DNA of 64,000 bases, from the NCBI GenBank assembly GCA_963815455.1, contig CAWFGO010000002.1, forward strand, positions 1-64,000, written 5' to 3'. The first letter of the stretch is position 1; each line of letters starts with the position of its first letter. The position numbers were made by a program, and so were the translations under genes. The notes under the pieces are model-generated. The model saw only the letters and a program-made list of their open reading frames with translations. It had not been told where the DNA came from and did no database searches. Shown here in pieces: positions 1 through 10,561 of this stretch. The DNA comes from an uncultured Verrucomicrobiae bacterium. GTDB taxonomy: Bacteria > Verrucomicrobiota > Verrucomicrobiia > Chthoniobacterales > UBA10450.

Positions 1-1975
1 TCGAGTGGCAAACGATTTTGCCTCGGAGAACAAGACGACAATTGCCGATCGCAAAGGCAATCAATTGCTCATTCTCGGCCGACTCAAATCCGGAATGACC
101 GCGGCCGCGGCCAAACCCGCACTGGAAGGTTTAGCGGCGAATTTGGAAAAAGCGTTTCCGGTCGAACAAAAGAATCAAACGTTCATAACCGAACCGGTGT
201 CGCGCAATTCGGTGAGCACGAGCCCGTCCGGCGACGGCGGCATGGTGGCAATCGGGCCGTTGCTACTCGGCATGGCGACGGTGGTGTTGCTGGTGGCCTG
301 CCTTAATCTCGCCAACATGCTCCTTGCGCGCGGGACGGCGCGCCGAAAAGAAATCGCGATCCGACTCGCCCTTGGCGGCAGTCGTGCACTCGTTGTGCGA
401 CAGCTCCTGGTCGAGGGGTTCGTGCTGGCGTTGCTTGGCGGGTTGGGCGGACTCATTCTCGGGCTCTGGTCGTCCGATCTCCTGGTCGGTTCACTTCGCA
501 AAATGATACCGCTCGACATCGTCTGGGCGAGTGGACCGAGTCCCGCGGTTCTGGGTGCGACATTCGGATTTTGCCTGCTCGGCACGCTTTTGTTTGCGCT
601 GGGACCGGCCTTGAAAATTTCGCGCAGCGCGGTGATAACCGATCTAAAGGAGCATGCCGGCGAAGACGTCGTGCGCCGTCGATGGAAATTTCTGCCGCGG
701 AATCCGCTGGTGGTTATACAAATTGCATTCTCGCTCGCGCTGCTTACTGCCGCAGCCTTGTTCATTCGTGGCGCGGCCAAAGCCGCGTCCGTTGATACCG
801 GTCTTAAGCCGGGGGCAAGTTTTCTTCTCGAAGTCGATGCCAGCCTGGCTGGTTACGAATCGAAACGCGCGGAGCAACTCTATCAAAACCTGAGCGAGCG
901 GCTTGCTGCGCTTCCGGGGGTTGAACACGCGAGCGTTTCCGCAACGGTGCCGTTTGGGATGATTTCGTTGGGCCGAAACATTCAGCGAGCAGGCGTTCAC
1001 CCCGGGCCGGACGACAAACCAGCTACGGCCGCCGAGGGTCTCGCTTTTGATGCGGCATGGAACAGTGTGGGCGCAGATTACTTTCCCACGGTTGGGCTGC
1101 CTGTGATTCGCGGCCGCGCGTTCACCGAAGCGGAAGCCACGCAGCCTGGCCCGAAAGTCGCGATCATCGACGAGGTGCTGGCCAAAAAACTTTGGCCCGA
1201 AGGGAACGCGCTCGGCCAGCGGATTCAATACGCCAGCGAGAACGCAGCCAAACAAGGCGGGGGAGACAAGAAGATGGGAATGACCGCCGACTTGAGTGAA
1301 GAACAGAAAGCGGAAGAGACGATTGAAATAGTTGGTATCGTGCCGGCGACGCGACGCGCGCTTTTCGAAAAAGAGCCCGGATGCGCCATCTATTTGCCAT
1401 TCGCGCGTGGATTCCAAAGCGACGTGAATTTTTTTGTTCGATTTCGTTCGCTCCCTCCCGGTAACGAAGCCAGCGCCGCCGATCTATTGCGACGAACGGT
1501 GCGCGATGTCGATCCTTCGATCCCAATCCTATCGCTGAAAACATTTTCGCAGCATCTCGATTCCAACTTGCAACTCTGGATTGTCCGGGCCGGAGCGGCG
1601 TTGTTCTCCATCTTCGGCGGACTCGCGCTCGGTCTCGCTGTAGTCGGTCTTTACGGAGTAAAGGCGTATTCCGTCGCGCGGCGAACACGCGAGATCGGGA
1701 TTCGCATGGCTCTGGGCGCACAGCCCGGAGCGGTTCTGCGACTAATTATGCGCGAAGGGTCGATCATGCTTTTCAGCGGCATCGCGCTCGGTCTGCTCCT
1801 CGCGGCAGCGACCGGAAAGATACTCAGTGGAGTTTTGTATGAAGTCGGCGCCTTCGATCCCATTGCGTTTACGGCCGCTCCCCTGCTGCTGGCCGCTGCC
1901 GCACTCGTCGCAACCTGGTTGCCGGCGCGCCGGGCCGCTGCACTAAACCCGGTCGAAGCTCTGCGCTACGAGTAA
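1..1975 (+). CDS. ABC transporter permease, duplicated MacB/FtsX type (ADOP-like); 5'-truncated by window edge
   Basis: ORF 5..1975 has both FtsX-type signatures ([48 protein letters not shown]) and ends P.EALRYE. Confidence 0.92.
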   Translation, partial: RVANDFASENKTTIADRKGNQLLILGRLKSGMTAAAAKPALEGLAANLEKAFPVEQKNQTFITEPVSRNSVSTSPSGDGGMVAIGPLLLGMATVVLLVACLNLANMLLARGTARRKEIAIRLALGGSRALVVRQLLVEGFVLALLGGLGGLILGLWSSDLLVGSLRKMIPLDIVWASGPSPAVLGATFGFCLLGTLLFALGPALKISRSAVITDLKEHAGEDVVRRRWKFLPRNPLVVIQIAFSLALLTAAALFIRGAAKAASVDTGLKPGASFLLEVDASLAGYESKRAEQLYQNLSERLAALPGVEHASVSATVPFGMISLGRNIQRAGVHPGPDDKPATAAEGLAFDAAWNSVGADYFPTVGLPVIRGRAFTEAEATQPGPKVAIIDEVLAKKLWPEGNALGQRIQYASENAAKQGGGDKKMGMTADLSEEQKAEETIEIVGIVPATRRALFEKEPGCAIYLPFARGFQSDVNFFVRFRSLPPGNEASAADLLRRTVRDVDPSIPILSLKTFSQHLDSNLQLWIVRAGAALFSIFGGLALGLAVVGLYGVKAYSVARRTREIGIRMALGAQPGAVLRLIMREGSIMLFSGIALGLLLAAATGKILSGVLYEVGAFDPIAFTAAPLLLAAAALVATWLPARRAAALNPVEALRYE

Positions 1976-1987
1976 CGGACGCGTGTC

Positions 1988-4444
1988 ATGCTCCAAGAAA
2001 TCCGTTTCGCGTTCCGGAGCCTGACAAAAACACCAGGGTTCACTCTAATCGCGATTGTCACTCTGGCGCTCGCCATCGGCGCCAATACCGCCGTGTTTAG
2101 TCTGGTCGACGCCCTTTTGTTCCGTCCCCTGCCGTTTCACGAGCCGTCGCGTCTTGCACTCATCGTGCAGCATTTTCATTCGATGGGGCTCGAGAAAATA
2201 CCGATGTCTGCGCCGGAGTTTCGCGATTACGAGCAACGCGTTGGCAGCTTCGAAAGAATCGGCGCTTTCACCACCGCCAATTACAATCTGGCCAGCGGCG
2301 ATCAGCCCGAACGTGTTCCTGCCGCGCTGGTCACTGACGGCGTGTTCGATGCGCTCGGCATCAAACCAGTGCGGGGACGGACCTTTACTGGGGAAGAATG
2401 CCAGGTTGGCCGCGACAACGTCGTCGTCATCAGCGCGCGATTGTGGAAACGGCGGTTTAATTCCGACTCAAACATCGTCGGCAACCAGATCGCGCTGGAT
2501 GGACGCAACTACACGGTGGTCGGAGTAATGCCGGAAAGTTTTGATTTCCCAATACGACTCTACAACGTGGCAGTTGCCTCATTTTCCGAGCGAGCCGATC
2601 TCTGGTGTCCGCTCGCTTTCACGGAAGAACAAATGCAGGCTCGTTATTCGCGTAACCTTGTCGCGATCGCTCGCCTGCGGGACAGCGCGACTTTCCACTC
2701 GGCTGAGGCGGAAATGGAAACGGTTAACGCCCAAATGAGACGGGAAAATCCGAACCGATATCCCTCGGGGACAAGCTTCGGAGCGGACGTTTTGCAATTG
2801 CAGGAACTCACGACCGCGCCGGTTCGTTCCATGTCGCTCATCCTGGTCGCCGCCGTCGGCCTGGTTTTGGTCATCGGTTGTGCAAACGTCGGGACGATGC
2901 TGCTCGCGCGTGCCACCGCGCGCGAACGAGAGTTTGCAATTCGCGTCGCGCTTGGGGCCAACCGATGGGCTATTGTGCGTCAGATGCTGGTGGAGAGCGT
3001 CATGCTCGCGCTCGCCGGAGGTAGCCTCGGTGTTCTGACTGCAGGCTGGAGCGTGAACGTCCTGAAACGTATTGGCGCTCAAACGGTGCCGCGACTGGGC
3101 GACGTCAATCTCGATCTCACGGTGTTGCTCGTTACTTTGGTGGTGGCGATCGGCGCTGGTTTACTCTTTGGCCTTATCCCTGCGCTCACGACCGCTCGAC
3201 CGGAATTGAGTGGAGCATTGAAAGAGGGCGGTCGTGGGACGAGCGAAGGCCGCCGGCACAATCTCGCGCGCACGGTTCTCGTGATCGCCGAAGTAGCGCT
3301 CGCTCTGGTCCTCCTTACCAGCGCGAGTTTGCTCATCAAAAGTTTCGCGCGCCTACAGCAGGTCGATCCCGGATTCAACCCGCAAAACGTGTTGACGATG
3401 GAACTCACTCTTCCGTCGCTGAGCTATCCCAAACCGGAGAACATTATACGTTTTTCCGATGAGCTCGTGCGCAGAGCCGCAAGCGTTCCGGGCGTGACTG
3501 CCGCCGCAATCACAGATATTTTGCCGCTCTCCGGAAATAATTCCGACTGGTCGTTTGCAATCGAAGGTCGTCCGATTGCGCCGAGAGAGCCGGGACCGGA
3601 TGAAGAGATTCGGCATGTCAGTCCGGATTACTTTCGCGCTCTGCAAACGCCGGTGCTTTCCGGCCGGCCCCTGGTCGCCGACGACAACCAAAAAGATGCC
3701 CGCGGTGTTTTGGTCAATCAGGCTTTCGCCAGCAAGTTTTGGCCAAACGGCGATGCGCTCGACAAACGCATCACGTTTGATAATCCGGCGAAGAATCCGC
3801 ACTGGATCCCGATTGTCGGGATCGTGACAAATATGCATCATCTCGGCCTCGATATTGATCCGAACCCGGAAATGTATCTGCCGCTCTGGCACTCACCGCC
3901 GCAAACAATGATCCTCGTCGTCCGGAGCACAATGGATCCGCGCCCGCTCATCGGTAACATTCGACGCGAAGTCCAGGCGATCGATTCCGGTGTCGCCATC
4001 GCTTACGTGCGGCCGATGGAGCAAATCATGGGCGATTCAATAGCCGCCCGGAGATTGTCGGTCGTGCTCCTTGGCGCTTTCGCCGGAATCGCGTTGCTCC
4101 TCGCGTCAGTAGGAATTTATGGAGTTATTTCCTACCTGGTTCTGCAACGCACGCACGAAATCGGAGTGCGCATGGCGTTAGGCGCGCAACGTCGCGATGT
4201 CTTAAATCTCGTCATGGTCCGCGCGCTGATGTTGATCGGCGCGGGGACCTCCATCGGCTTATTTCTCGCGTTCCTGAGCACACGCGCGCTGGCAACGTTG
4301 CTTTATCGGGTCAGCGCATTCGATGGGCCGACATTCGCCCTGGTCACCGTGTTGCTCGGGTTGGTGGCGCTGGCCGCCAGCTTTGTGCCCGCGATTCGCG
4401 CCACGCGAGCCGACCCGATGATCGCTCTCGGACACAACCCCTAA
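1988..4444 (+). CDS. ABC transporter permease, duplicated MacB/FtsX type (ADOP-like), 818 aa
   Basis: N-term 'LQEIRFAFRSL.K.PGFT...LALAIGANTAVFS', two FtsX domains with REFAIRVALGA / HEIGVRMALGA. Confidence 0.95.
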   Translation: MLQEIRFAFRSLTKTPGFTLIAIVTLALAIGANTAVFSLVDALLFRPLPFHEPSRLALIVQHFHSMGLEKIPMSAPEFRDYEQRVGSFERIGAFTTANYNLASGDQPERVPAALVTDGVFDALGIKPVRGRTFTGEECQVGRDNVVVISARLWKRRFNSDSNIVGNQIALDGRNYTVVGVMPESFDFPIRLYNVAVASFSERADLWCPLAFTEEQMQARYSRNLVAIARLRDSATFHSAEAEMETVNAQMRRENPNRYPSGTSFGADVLQLQELTTAPVRSMSLILVAAVGLVLVIGCANVGTMLLARATAREREFAIRVALGANRWAIVRQMLVESVMLALAGGSLGVLTAGWSVNVLKRIGAQTVPRLGDVNLDLTVLLVTLVVAIGAGLLFGLIPALTTARPELSGALKEGGRGTSEGRRHNLARTVLVIAEVALALVLLTSASLLIKSFARLQQVDPGFNPQNVLTMELTLPSLSYPKPENIIRFSDELVRRAASVPGVTAAAITDILPLSGNNSDWSFAIEGRPIAPREPGPDEEIRHVSPDYFRALQTPVLSGRPLVADDNQKDARGVLVNQAFASKFWPNGDALDKRITFDNPAKNPHWIPIVGIVTNMHHLGLDIDPNPEMYLPLWHSPPQTMILVVRSTMDPRPLIGNIRREVQAIDSGVAIAYVRPMEQIMGDSIAARRLSVVLLGAFAGIALLLASVGIYGVISYLVLQRTHEIGVRMALGAQRRDVLNLVMVRALMLIGAGTSIGLFLAFLSTRALATLLYRVSAFDGPTFALVTVLLGLVALAASFVPAIRATRADPMIALGHNP

Positions 4445-4449
4445 CTCCA

Positions 4450-5121
4450 ATGATTAAACTTCGAAATCTCGAACGCGTTTATCCGCTGGCTAAAGCGCAG
4501 TTCTTTTACGTGCTGCGCGACATTAATCTCGATGTTGCCGAGGGAGAATTCGTTTCGGTCATGGGCCCTTCGGGCGCCGGCAAATCGACACTGTTGCATG
4601 TGCTCGGCATGCACGACCACGGTTGGAATGGCGAATATTTCCTGAATGATGTCGCGGTCCACAACTTGAAAGCAAAAGAACGCGCCACGCTTCGCAACGA
4701 ACAAATCGGGTTCGTTTTTCAACAATATCATCTGCTCGACGACCTGACCGTGTACGAAAATCTCGAAATCCCGCTCTCCTATCGCAAGGTCGGCAAAAGC
4801 GAGCGAGCAGGGATGGTGGCCGAAGCTCTCGATCGTTTTCAGATCGTCGGCAAGAAAGATTTGTATCCGCGCCAGCTCTCGGGCGGGCAACAGCAGCTCG
4901 TCGGAGTCGCCCGGGCGATCATTTCAAATCCGAAGCTCCTGCTGGCGGACGAGCCGACCGGAAATCTTCACTCCAGCCAGGGCGAGGAGATCATGAATTT
5001 GTTCAAGAAATTGAACGCCGAAGGCATGACCATTGTGCAAGTCACGCACTCGGAAAAAAACGCGGCTTATGGAAACCGCATCATCCAACTGCGCGACGGC
5101 TGGGTGGTATCGAAGCAATGA
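4450..5121 (+). CDS. ABC transporter ATP-binding protein (LolD/MacB-type)
   Basis: Walker [11 protein letters not shown]-loop GFVFQ, signature LSGGQQQ, Walker [13 protein letters not shown]-switch VTH. Confidence 0.96.
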   Translation: MIKLRNLERVYPLAKAQFFYVLRDINLDVAEGEFVSVMGPSGAGKSTLLHVLGMHDHGWNGEYFLNDVAVHNLKAKERATLRNEQIGFVFQQYHLLDDLTVYENLEIPLSYRKVGKSERAGMVAEALDRFQIVGKKDLYPRQLSGGQQQLVGVARAIISNPKLLLADEPTGNLHSSQGEEIMNLFKKLNAEGMTIVQVTHSEKNAAYGNRIIQLRDGWVVSKQ

Positions 5122-5225
5122 CGAAGCACGAATCCGAAACAACGATGAGGTGCAAAGTCCGAAACGCGGCCGATTTGGTATTCGATATTTGAACGTTGTT
5201 TCGACATTCGGCTTTCGCCATTTTT
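5118..5225. repeat. Degenerate short-period inverted intergenic repeat
   Basis: aatgacgaagcacgaatccgaaac... faces complementary-type tttggtattcgatatttg...ttcgacattcggctttcg. Confidence 0.4.
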
Positions 5226-5229
5226 TTCT

Positions 5230-7677
5230 ATGATCAGCGAACTAAGATATGCAGTACGCGTTTTGGCGAAATCGCCGGCGTTCACCGCGATTGCCATCTT
5301 GACACTCGGGCTCGGAATCGGAGCGAACACTTCCATCTTTAGCGTAGTCAATGCGGTGCTTCTCCGGCCGCTACCTTATCCGGAGCCGGACAAATTAATC
5401 ATGATCCGGGAGCGCACGGATACTTTTCCAAACGGATCGGTGAGTTATCCGAACTACCTGGACTGGCGAGAAGGCCAGCGTTCGTTCACCGACCTCGCGC
5501 TGCTTCGTCGCGACAACTATAATCTCTCGACCCCAAAAGGTGGAACTGAACCGCGCCAGGTCGGCGGCGCGCGCACGACATGGAACTTTCTTTCCATTAT
5601 GGGGCTGCCGATGCGGCTCGGCCGCGATTTTGTTGAAGCAGACGATCGTCCCGGCAGCGCCAAAGTGGTCGTGATCAGCGAACGGTTGTGGCAGGAACGC
5701 TTTGGCGGCGGCGCCAATGCGATCGGTCAGCAATTGATTGTCGATGCTGTACCGCGCGAGGTCATCGGCGTATTTCCCAGCAGCCTGCGAAATCCTCGCA
5801 ACACCGATGTGATTATTCCGCTTGCGGAAAAGCGCGCGGAGGAAGGTGTTCTAAACCGGGGGAACCATCCCGGTTTTTCAGCCCTCGGGCGGTTGAAACC
5901 TGGGATCACTCTGGCCCAGGCCAACAGCGATTTGGATAACATCGCCCGCGAGCTGGAGAGGAAATATCCCGAATCGAATGCCACCCGGCGCGTCCGCATG
6001 GATGTGCTCTTGGAGGCGGCCGTCGGCGATTATCGACATGCTCTTGGTTTGATTCTTGCCGCCGTCGGCTGCGTGTTGCTGATCGCCTGCGCCAACGTAG
6101 CGAATCTGCAACTCGCCCGCGATCTCGTCCGGAGCAAGGAGCTGGCCGTGCGGGCGGCACTTGGCGCGAGCCGGTGGCGGCTGGCCCGGCAACTTCTTAC
6201 CGAAAGCAGCGTGCTGGCCATCGCCGGCGCTTTGTTAGGCATTCTCTTCGCCATCTGGAGCCTCGATGCGATCGTGACGTTGAGTCCGGCCCGGGTTACG
6301 CGCTTCCAGGAAACACAAATCGATCTGGCGGCTCTGCTCTTTACCGGATTTGTCGCGCTTGGCTCCGGATTTCTGGTTGGAATCTGGCCGGCCTGGCGCA
6401 TTTCGCGCGTCGCGTCACTGACCAACGCGTTGCATGAGGCCGGAATGCGCGGAGGGAGTGACGGCGCCCGCCGTCATCGAGCTCGGGCTGTCCTGGTAGT
6501 TACTCAGGTTGCACTCGCGATTATTTTGCTGGCCGGCGCCGGATTGACCTTAAAAAGCTTCTGGCGGGCGCAGAATGAGCCGCTTGGATTCGAGCCGCGC
6601 GGTATTCTGAGCATGGTCGTTGCGCTGCCGCGCGCCCGGTACGATACGGATGAGAAAGTTGCAGCGTTCAACTCTCAGCTGCTGGAACGAGTGCATCGCC
6701 TGCCTGGTGTCGAGAGCGCCGCCATCGGCGTAAACGTCCCCTTCGACGATTCGGAATGGGACAGCTCATTTCATCTCACCGGAACGCCGAAACCGAAACC
6801 AGGTCAGGAACCTTCCGCCGAAGTCAATGTAGTATCGCCCGGTTATTTTCATCTCATGGGCATGCCCCTTCTTCGCGGGCGGGATTTCTGGCCGGAAGAA
6901 ACGGCGGGCAAACCGCGCTCGGTCGTCATCGATGAATCGTTAGCCAGACGTTATTTCCCAAATGTCGATCCCATCGGGCAACATCTGGATGACAATCAAA
7001 CCATGAAAAAGGATCCGCCGCCGCTGACGATTGTCGGAGTGGTGCCGCGCACTCGAAATGAGGCGCCCGGGGAAGAGAACATCGAGCAATTGCATTTCTC
7101 GCAGATGTATTTTTGCGCCGCCCAATATCCCCAGGAGGAAAACAGTTTGTTGGTGAAAGTAAAATCCGGGGACCCGCTGGCGCTCGCTGCCGCAGTCAAA
7201 AAAGAAGTCCAGGCGCTCGATCCGGATCAACCCGTGGCCGCAATCTCCACGATGGAAAAGAACATCGGCGGCAGTTTGGCCACCCGACGGTTGACCATGG
7301 CCTTGCTCGGATCGTTCGCCGGACTCGCGTTGCTGCTCGCCAGCGTCGGGTTGTATGGGGTTATGGCACTAAGCGTGACCCAGCGCACTCGCGAACTCGG
7401 GATTCGCATGGCGCTGGGCGCGGCGCGCAAGGACGTCTTTAGTCTGGTGCTGCGCCAGGGGATTGCGCTGGTCTCCGCCGGCATCGCATTCGGACTGATT
7501 GGCGCAGCCGCTGCCAGTCGTGCTCTTAATAGTATACTGTACGGCGTCGGCTCCCTCGACTTGGGCGCCTTTGCCATCGCCATCACTTCCCTGGCCCTTG
7601 TCGCTCTTCTGGCCTGCTTCGTTCCGGCCCGCCGCGCGACCCTTGTGGATCCTATCGAGGCATTGCGCGCTGAATAA
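5230..7677 (+). CDS. ABC transporter permease, duplicated MacB/FtsX type (ADOP-like), 815 aa
   Basis: [18 protein letters not shown]...[13 protein letters not shown]; two FtsX domains; ends DPIEALRAE. Confidence 0.95.
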   Translation: MISELRYAVRVLAKSPAFTAIAILTLGLGIGANTSIFSVVNAVLLRPLPYPEPDKLIMIRERTDTFPNGSVSYPNYLDWREGQRSFTDLALLRRDNYNLSTPKGGTEPRQVGGARTTWNFLSIMGLPMRLGRDFVEADDRPGSAKVVVISERLWQERFGGGANAIGQQLIVDAVPREVIGVFPSSLRNPRNTDVIIPLAEKRAEEGVLNRGNHPGFSALGRLKPGITLAQANSDLDNIARELERKYPESNATRRVRMDVLLEAAVGDYRHALGLILAAVGCVLLIACANVANLQLARDLVRSKELAVRAALGASRWRLARQLLTESSVLAIAGALLGILFAIWSLDAIVTLSPARVTRFQETQIDLAALLFTGFVALGSGFLVGIWPAWRISRVASLTNALHEAGMRGGSDGARRHRARAVLVVTQVALAIILLAGAGLTLKSFWRAQNEPLGFEPRGILSMVVALPRARYDTDEKVAAFNSQLLERVHRLPGVESAAIGVNVPFDDSEWDSSFHLTGTPKPKPGQEPSAEVNVVSPGYFHLMGMPLLRGRDFWPEETAGKPRSVVIDESLARRYFPNVDPIGQHLDDNQTMKKDPPPLTIVGVVPRTRNEAPGEENIEQLHFSQMYFCAAQYPQEENSLLVKVKSGDPLALAAAVKKEVQALDPDQPVAAISTMEKNIGGSLATRRLTMALLGSFAGLALLLASVGLYGVMALSVTQRTRELGIRMALGAARKDVFSLVLRQGIALVSAGIAFGLIGAAAASRALNSILYGVGSLDLGAFAIAITSLALVALLACFVPARRATLVDPIEALRAE

Positions 7678-7687
7678 GGAAAACAAT

Positions 7688-10147
7688 ATGATAAACGACA
7701 TTCAATACGGACTGCGACAACTGATAAAAAATCCCGGATTTACTTTTGTCGCGGCAATCACTCTTGCTCTCGGGATCGGCGCGAACACCGCCATCTTCAG
7801 CGTGGTCAACGCTTTGCTGTTGAAACCGCTGCCGTTTCCAGAACCGCAGCAGCTCGTCGCCTTCGGCATGACCAATACCCGCCAAAAAGACCAGGAGAAT
7901 CTCGGTTCCCTCTCTTATCCCGACTTCTTCGACTTTCGCGCTCAGAACAGGACCCTGTCGAGCATCGCGGTCTTTCGTCCCCGGCCTTCGGCGCTAACGA
8001 GCAGCGAAGGCGCAACCAGCGTGCTGGGAGTAAAAGCGAGCGCTGAGTTTTTCGATGTCGTCGGGGTTAAGCCGGTCATTGGTCGCACCTTTACGCGGGA
8101 CGATGAAAAGAGCGGCGGCGGTCCCGGAGGATTCAAGATCATTATCAGTAACGATTTTTGGAAGAGCCATTTCGGCGGCGAAACGAACGTGCTGGGGCGC
8201 ACCATCGAGCTCGATCGCCGGCAATTCACTGTGATCGGCGTGATGCCTCCCGGCTTCCAGTATCCCATCCAGTCCGACCCGATTAATTACTATGTAACGA
8301 TTGCCGAAGACGCCACGAGTGTCGATGCCGGCAAGCCCGTGACTGAAGAGCGCGGCAGTCACAGTTTGGAAGCAATTGCCCGACTCAAGCCGGGCGTAAC
8401 CATCGAGCAGGCACAGGCCGACCTTGGAACTGTTGCGGCAAACCTGGAGAAACAGTATCCCGATTCGAACTCCTATTTCGGAGTCGCATTCAAGCCGTTG
8501 CGCGAGGAACTCATCGGCGATGTTCGCACGGGCCTTTATGTTTTATTCGGTGCTGTCCTTTGTGTGTTGCTAATCGCAAACGCCAATGTCGCAAATCTTC
8601 TTCTCGCCCGGGCATCAGTTCGCGGGAAGGAAATGGCCCTGCGCGCGGCCATGGGCGCGAGCCGCGCCCGCATCATTCGCCAATTGCTAACCGAAAGTTT
8701 GCTGCTCGCGGGACTGGGCGGCCTGCTGGGGTTACTCGTTGCCCAATGGGGAACTGAAGCGCTGATCCGCACCGTCCCTCAAAATATTCCGCGCATCGCC
8801 AATATTCAGCTTGATGCCGTGGTCCTCGCCTTCACCTTGATCGTCTCACTCGCAACCGGAGTTATCTTTGGGCTCGTTCCGGCGTGGCAGGCATCGCATG
8901 TCGATCTTAACACGGCGTTAAAAACTGGTGCGCGCACCGGCACTGGCGGCGAACATAAACACCGTTTGCGCAATGCCCTGGTCATGTCCGAAGTCGCGCT
9001 CGCGCTTATTCTGCTCGTCTGCGCGGGCTTGTTGATCCAAAGCTTTGCCCGCCTGGGTCGCGTCTCGCCGGGTGTGCGAACGGAGCGGCTTCTTACCGCG
9101 CGCATTCAATTGCCCGGCGCCGTCTATCCGAAGAACGAAAACATCATTGCTTTCTTCGACCAATTTCTCCCGCGCATTCGCGCTCTGCCGGGAGTTGAAG
9201 CGGCCAGCACTATCGTTCCCCTGCCTCTGAGCGGAAGCAACATGGTCACCAGTTTCGATATGGAAGAACATCCATTGCCAGATGGCCAACAGAACGGCGC
9301 CCCGGTCCGAATCATCGCTACCGATTACTTTAGGACCATGGGAATTCCATTGAAACAAGGCCGCGTCTTCGATGAGAACGACAGAATGGATTCACCGCCG
9401 GTCGTAATCGTGAACGAACGTTTCGCTAACAAGTTCTACCCCGGCCAGAACGTCATCGGAAAACGGATCAAGCCCGGGTTCGCCGCCGATGATAAAGGCG
9501 AAAAAATGCGCGAGATCGTTGGCGTAGTCGGCAATGTGAAACATTTGTCTCTTAAAAACGAAGACTCGCCCGAGATGTACCTGCCACGGACCCAAATTCC
9601 TTTCGACATCGTTTCACTGGTTGTTCGCACCCGTGTTTCAGATCCGGCCGCGCTCACCTCGGCCGTCCGAAATGAACTGGCCACGATGGACGGCTCGATT
9701 CCGTTAACGAGCATCCGAGTCTTCGACGAATACATTTCTCGCTCTCTGGCCCGTCCGCGCTTCAACGCCATGCTATTGTCGATCTTCGCCGGCACCGCGC
9801 TGATCCTTACCGCCATCGGAATTTACGGCGTGCTGGCTTACTCCGTCTCACAGCGCACCAACGAGATCGGCATCCGAATCGCCCTCGGCGCCGGGCAATC
9901 TAACATCTTCCGCTTGGTCGTCGGCCAGGCCATGATCCTCGTCGGGGTCAGCATCGCTTTTGGCCTTGTCGGAGCGTTCGCCGCCACGCGTTTGTTGAAC
10001 AGCCTGCTGTTCGGGGTCGGTGCCTGGGACCCGATCACCTTTGCGTCCATTGTCCTAATCATTGCTGCGGTTGCCTTCCTCGCGGCATGGTTGCCAGCCC
10101 GACGGGCCGCGCGGGTCGACCCCGTCGTCGCGTTACGTGCCGAATAA
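7688..10147 (+). CDS. ABC transporter permease, duplicated MacB/FtsX type (ADOP-like)
   Basis: Start reassigned to ATG 7688 ([12 protein letters not shown]) after TAAGGA RBS; same two-domain architecture; ends DPVVALRAE. Confidence 0.94.
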   Translation: MINDIQYGLRQLIKNPGFTFVAAITLALGIGANTAIFSVVNALLLKPLPFPEPQQLVAFGMTNTRQKDQENLGSLSYPDFFDFRAQNRTLSSIAVFRPRPSALTSSEGATSVLGVKASAEFFDVVGVKPVIGRTFTRDDEKSGGGPGGFKIIISNDFWKSHFGGETNVLGRTIELDRRQFTVIGVMPPGFQYPIQSDPINYYVTIAEDATSVDAGKPVTEERGSHSLEAIARLKPGVTIEQAQADLGTVAANLEKQYPDSNSYFGVAFKPLREELIGDVRTGLYVLFGAVLCVLLIANANVANLLLARASVRGKEMALRAAMGASRARIIRQLLTESLLLAGLGGLLGLLVAQWGTEALIRTVPQNIPRIANIQLDAVVLAFTLIVSLATGVIFGLVPAWQASHVDLNTALKTGARTGTGGEHKHRLRNALVMSEVALALILLVCAGLLIQSFARLGRVSPGVRTERLLTARIQLPGAVYPKNENIIAFFDQFLPRIRALPGVEAASTIVPLPLSGSNMVTSFDMEEHPLPDGQQNGAPVRIIATDYFRTMGIPLKQGRVFDENDRMDSPPVVIVNERFANKFYPGQNVIGKRIKPGFAADDKGEKMREIVGVVGNVKHLSLKNEDSPEMYLPRTQIPFDIVSLVVRTRVSDPAALTSAVRNELATMDGSIPLTSIRVFDEYISRSLARPRFNAMLLSIFAGTALILTAIGIYGVLAYSVSQRTNEIGIRIALGAGQSNIFRLVVGQAMILVGVSIAFGLVGAFAATRLLNSLLFGVGAWDPITFASIVLIIAAVAFLAAWLPARRAARVDPVVALRAE

Positions 10148-10161
10148 TATCGGCAGAGACC

Positions 10162-10368
10162 TGTAGCCACAGCCCGCCCGCCGCGTGCGGGGCTCTGTGA
10201 ACCGTTTCTTTCCAAAACCGTGCCGTGCGATTGAGCGCAAAACCATTGTCATCCTGAGCGAAGTCGAAGGGCCTCATTCTTTCCATCATTCCTCTGCGCG
10301 TCCGGCAGAAAGAGTTGTATTCGCAGCGGCCGTAGAATAGCGCTGTAGCGTCCGCTGTCCTCAGCGGA
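10162..10368. repeat. Cluster of three different REP-like elements
   Basis: tgtagccacagcccgcccgcc.. (10162; family of 37103/37928), tgtcatcctgagcgaagtcgaagg (10247), tgtagcgtccgctgtcctcagcgga (10344; family of 18498). Confidence 0.7.
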
Positions 10369-10561
10369 TTTCCCGGATCGCCCCATAATATATAGAGCGC
10401 GGTTGCCAGAATCAGCTCCGAGCACAGCTGACCGCGGGAATGCCTTGATCAAAGCTGGCGATACGCTCCTGGTGTATCGCACGACAATGTAATAACGTCA
10501 GATCGATGCGCACGACTGTCGACATTGACGACGACACCGCGCACTCCTTCTGGTGACTTCC

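Noticed and set aside
7499..7687. N-terminal extensions in the ORF track (also 18115-18198, 28643-29050, 41503-41832, 42530-42610)
   Set aside because: They overlap neighbouring genes or leaders; homology and RBS indicate downstream starts.
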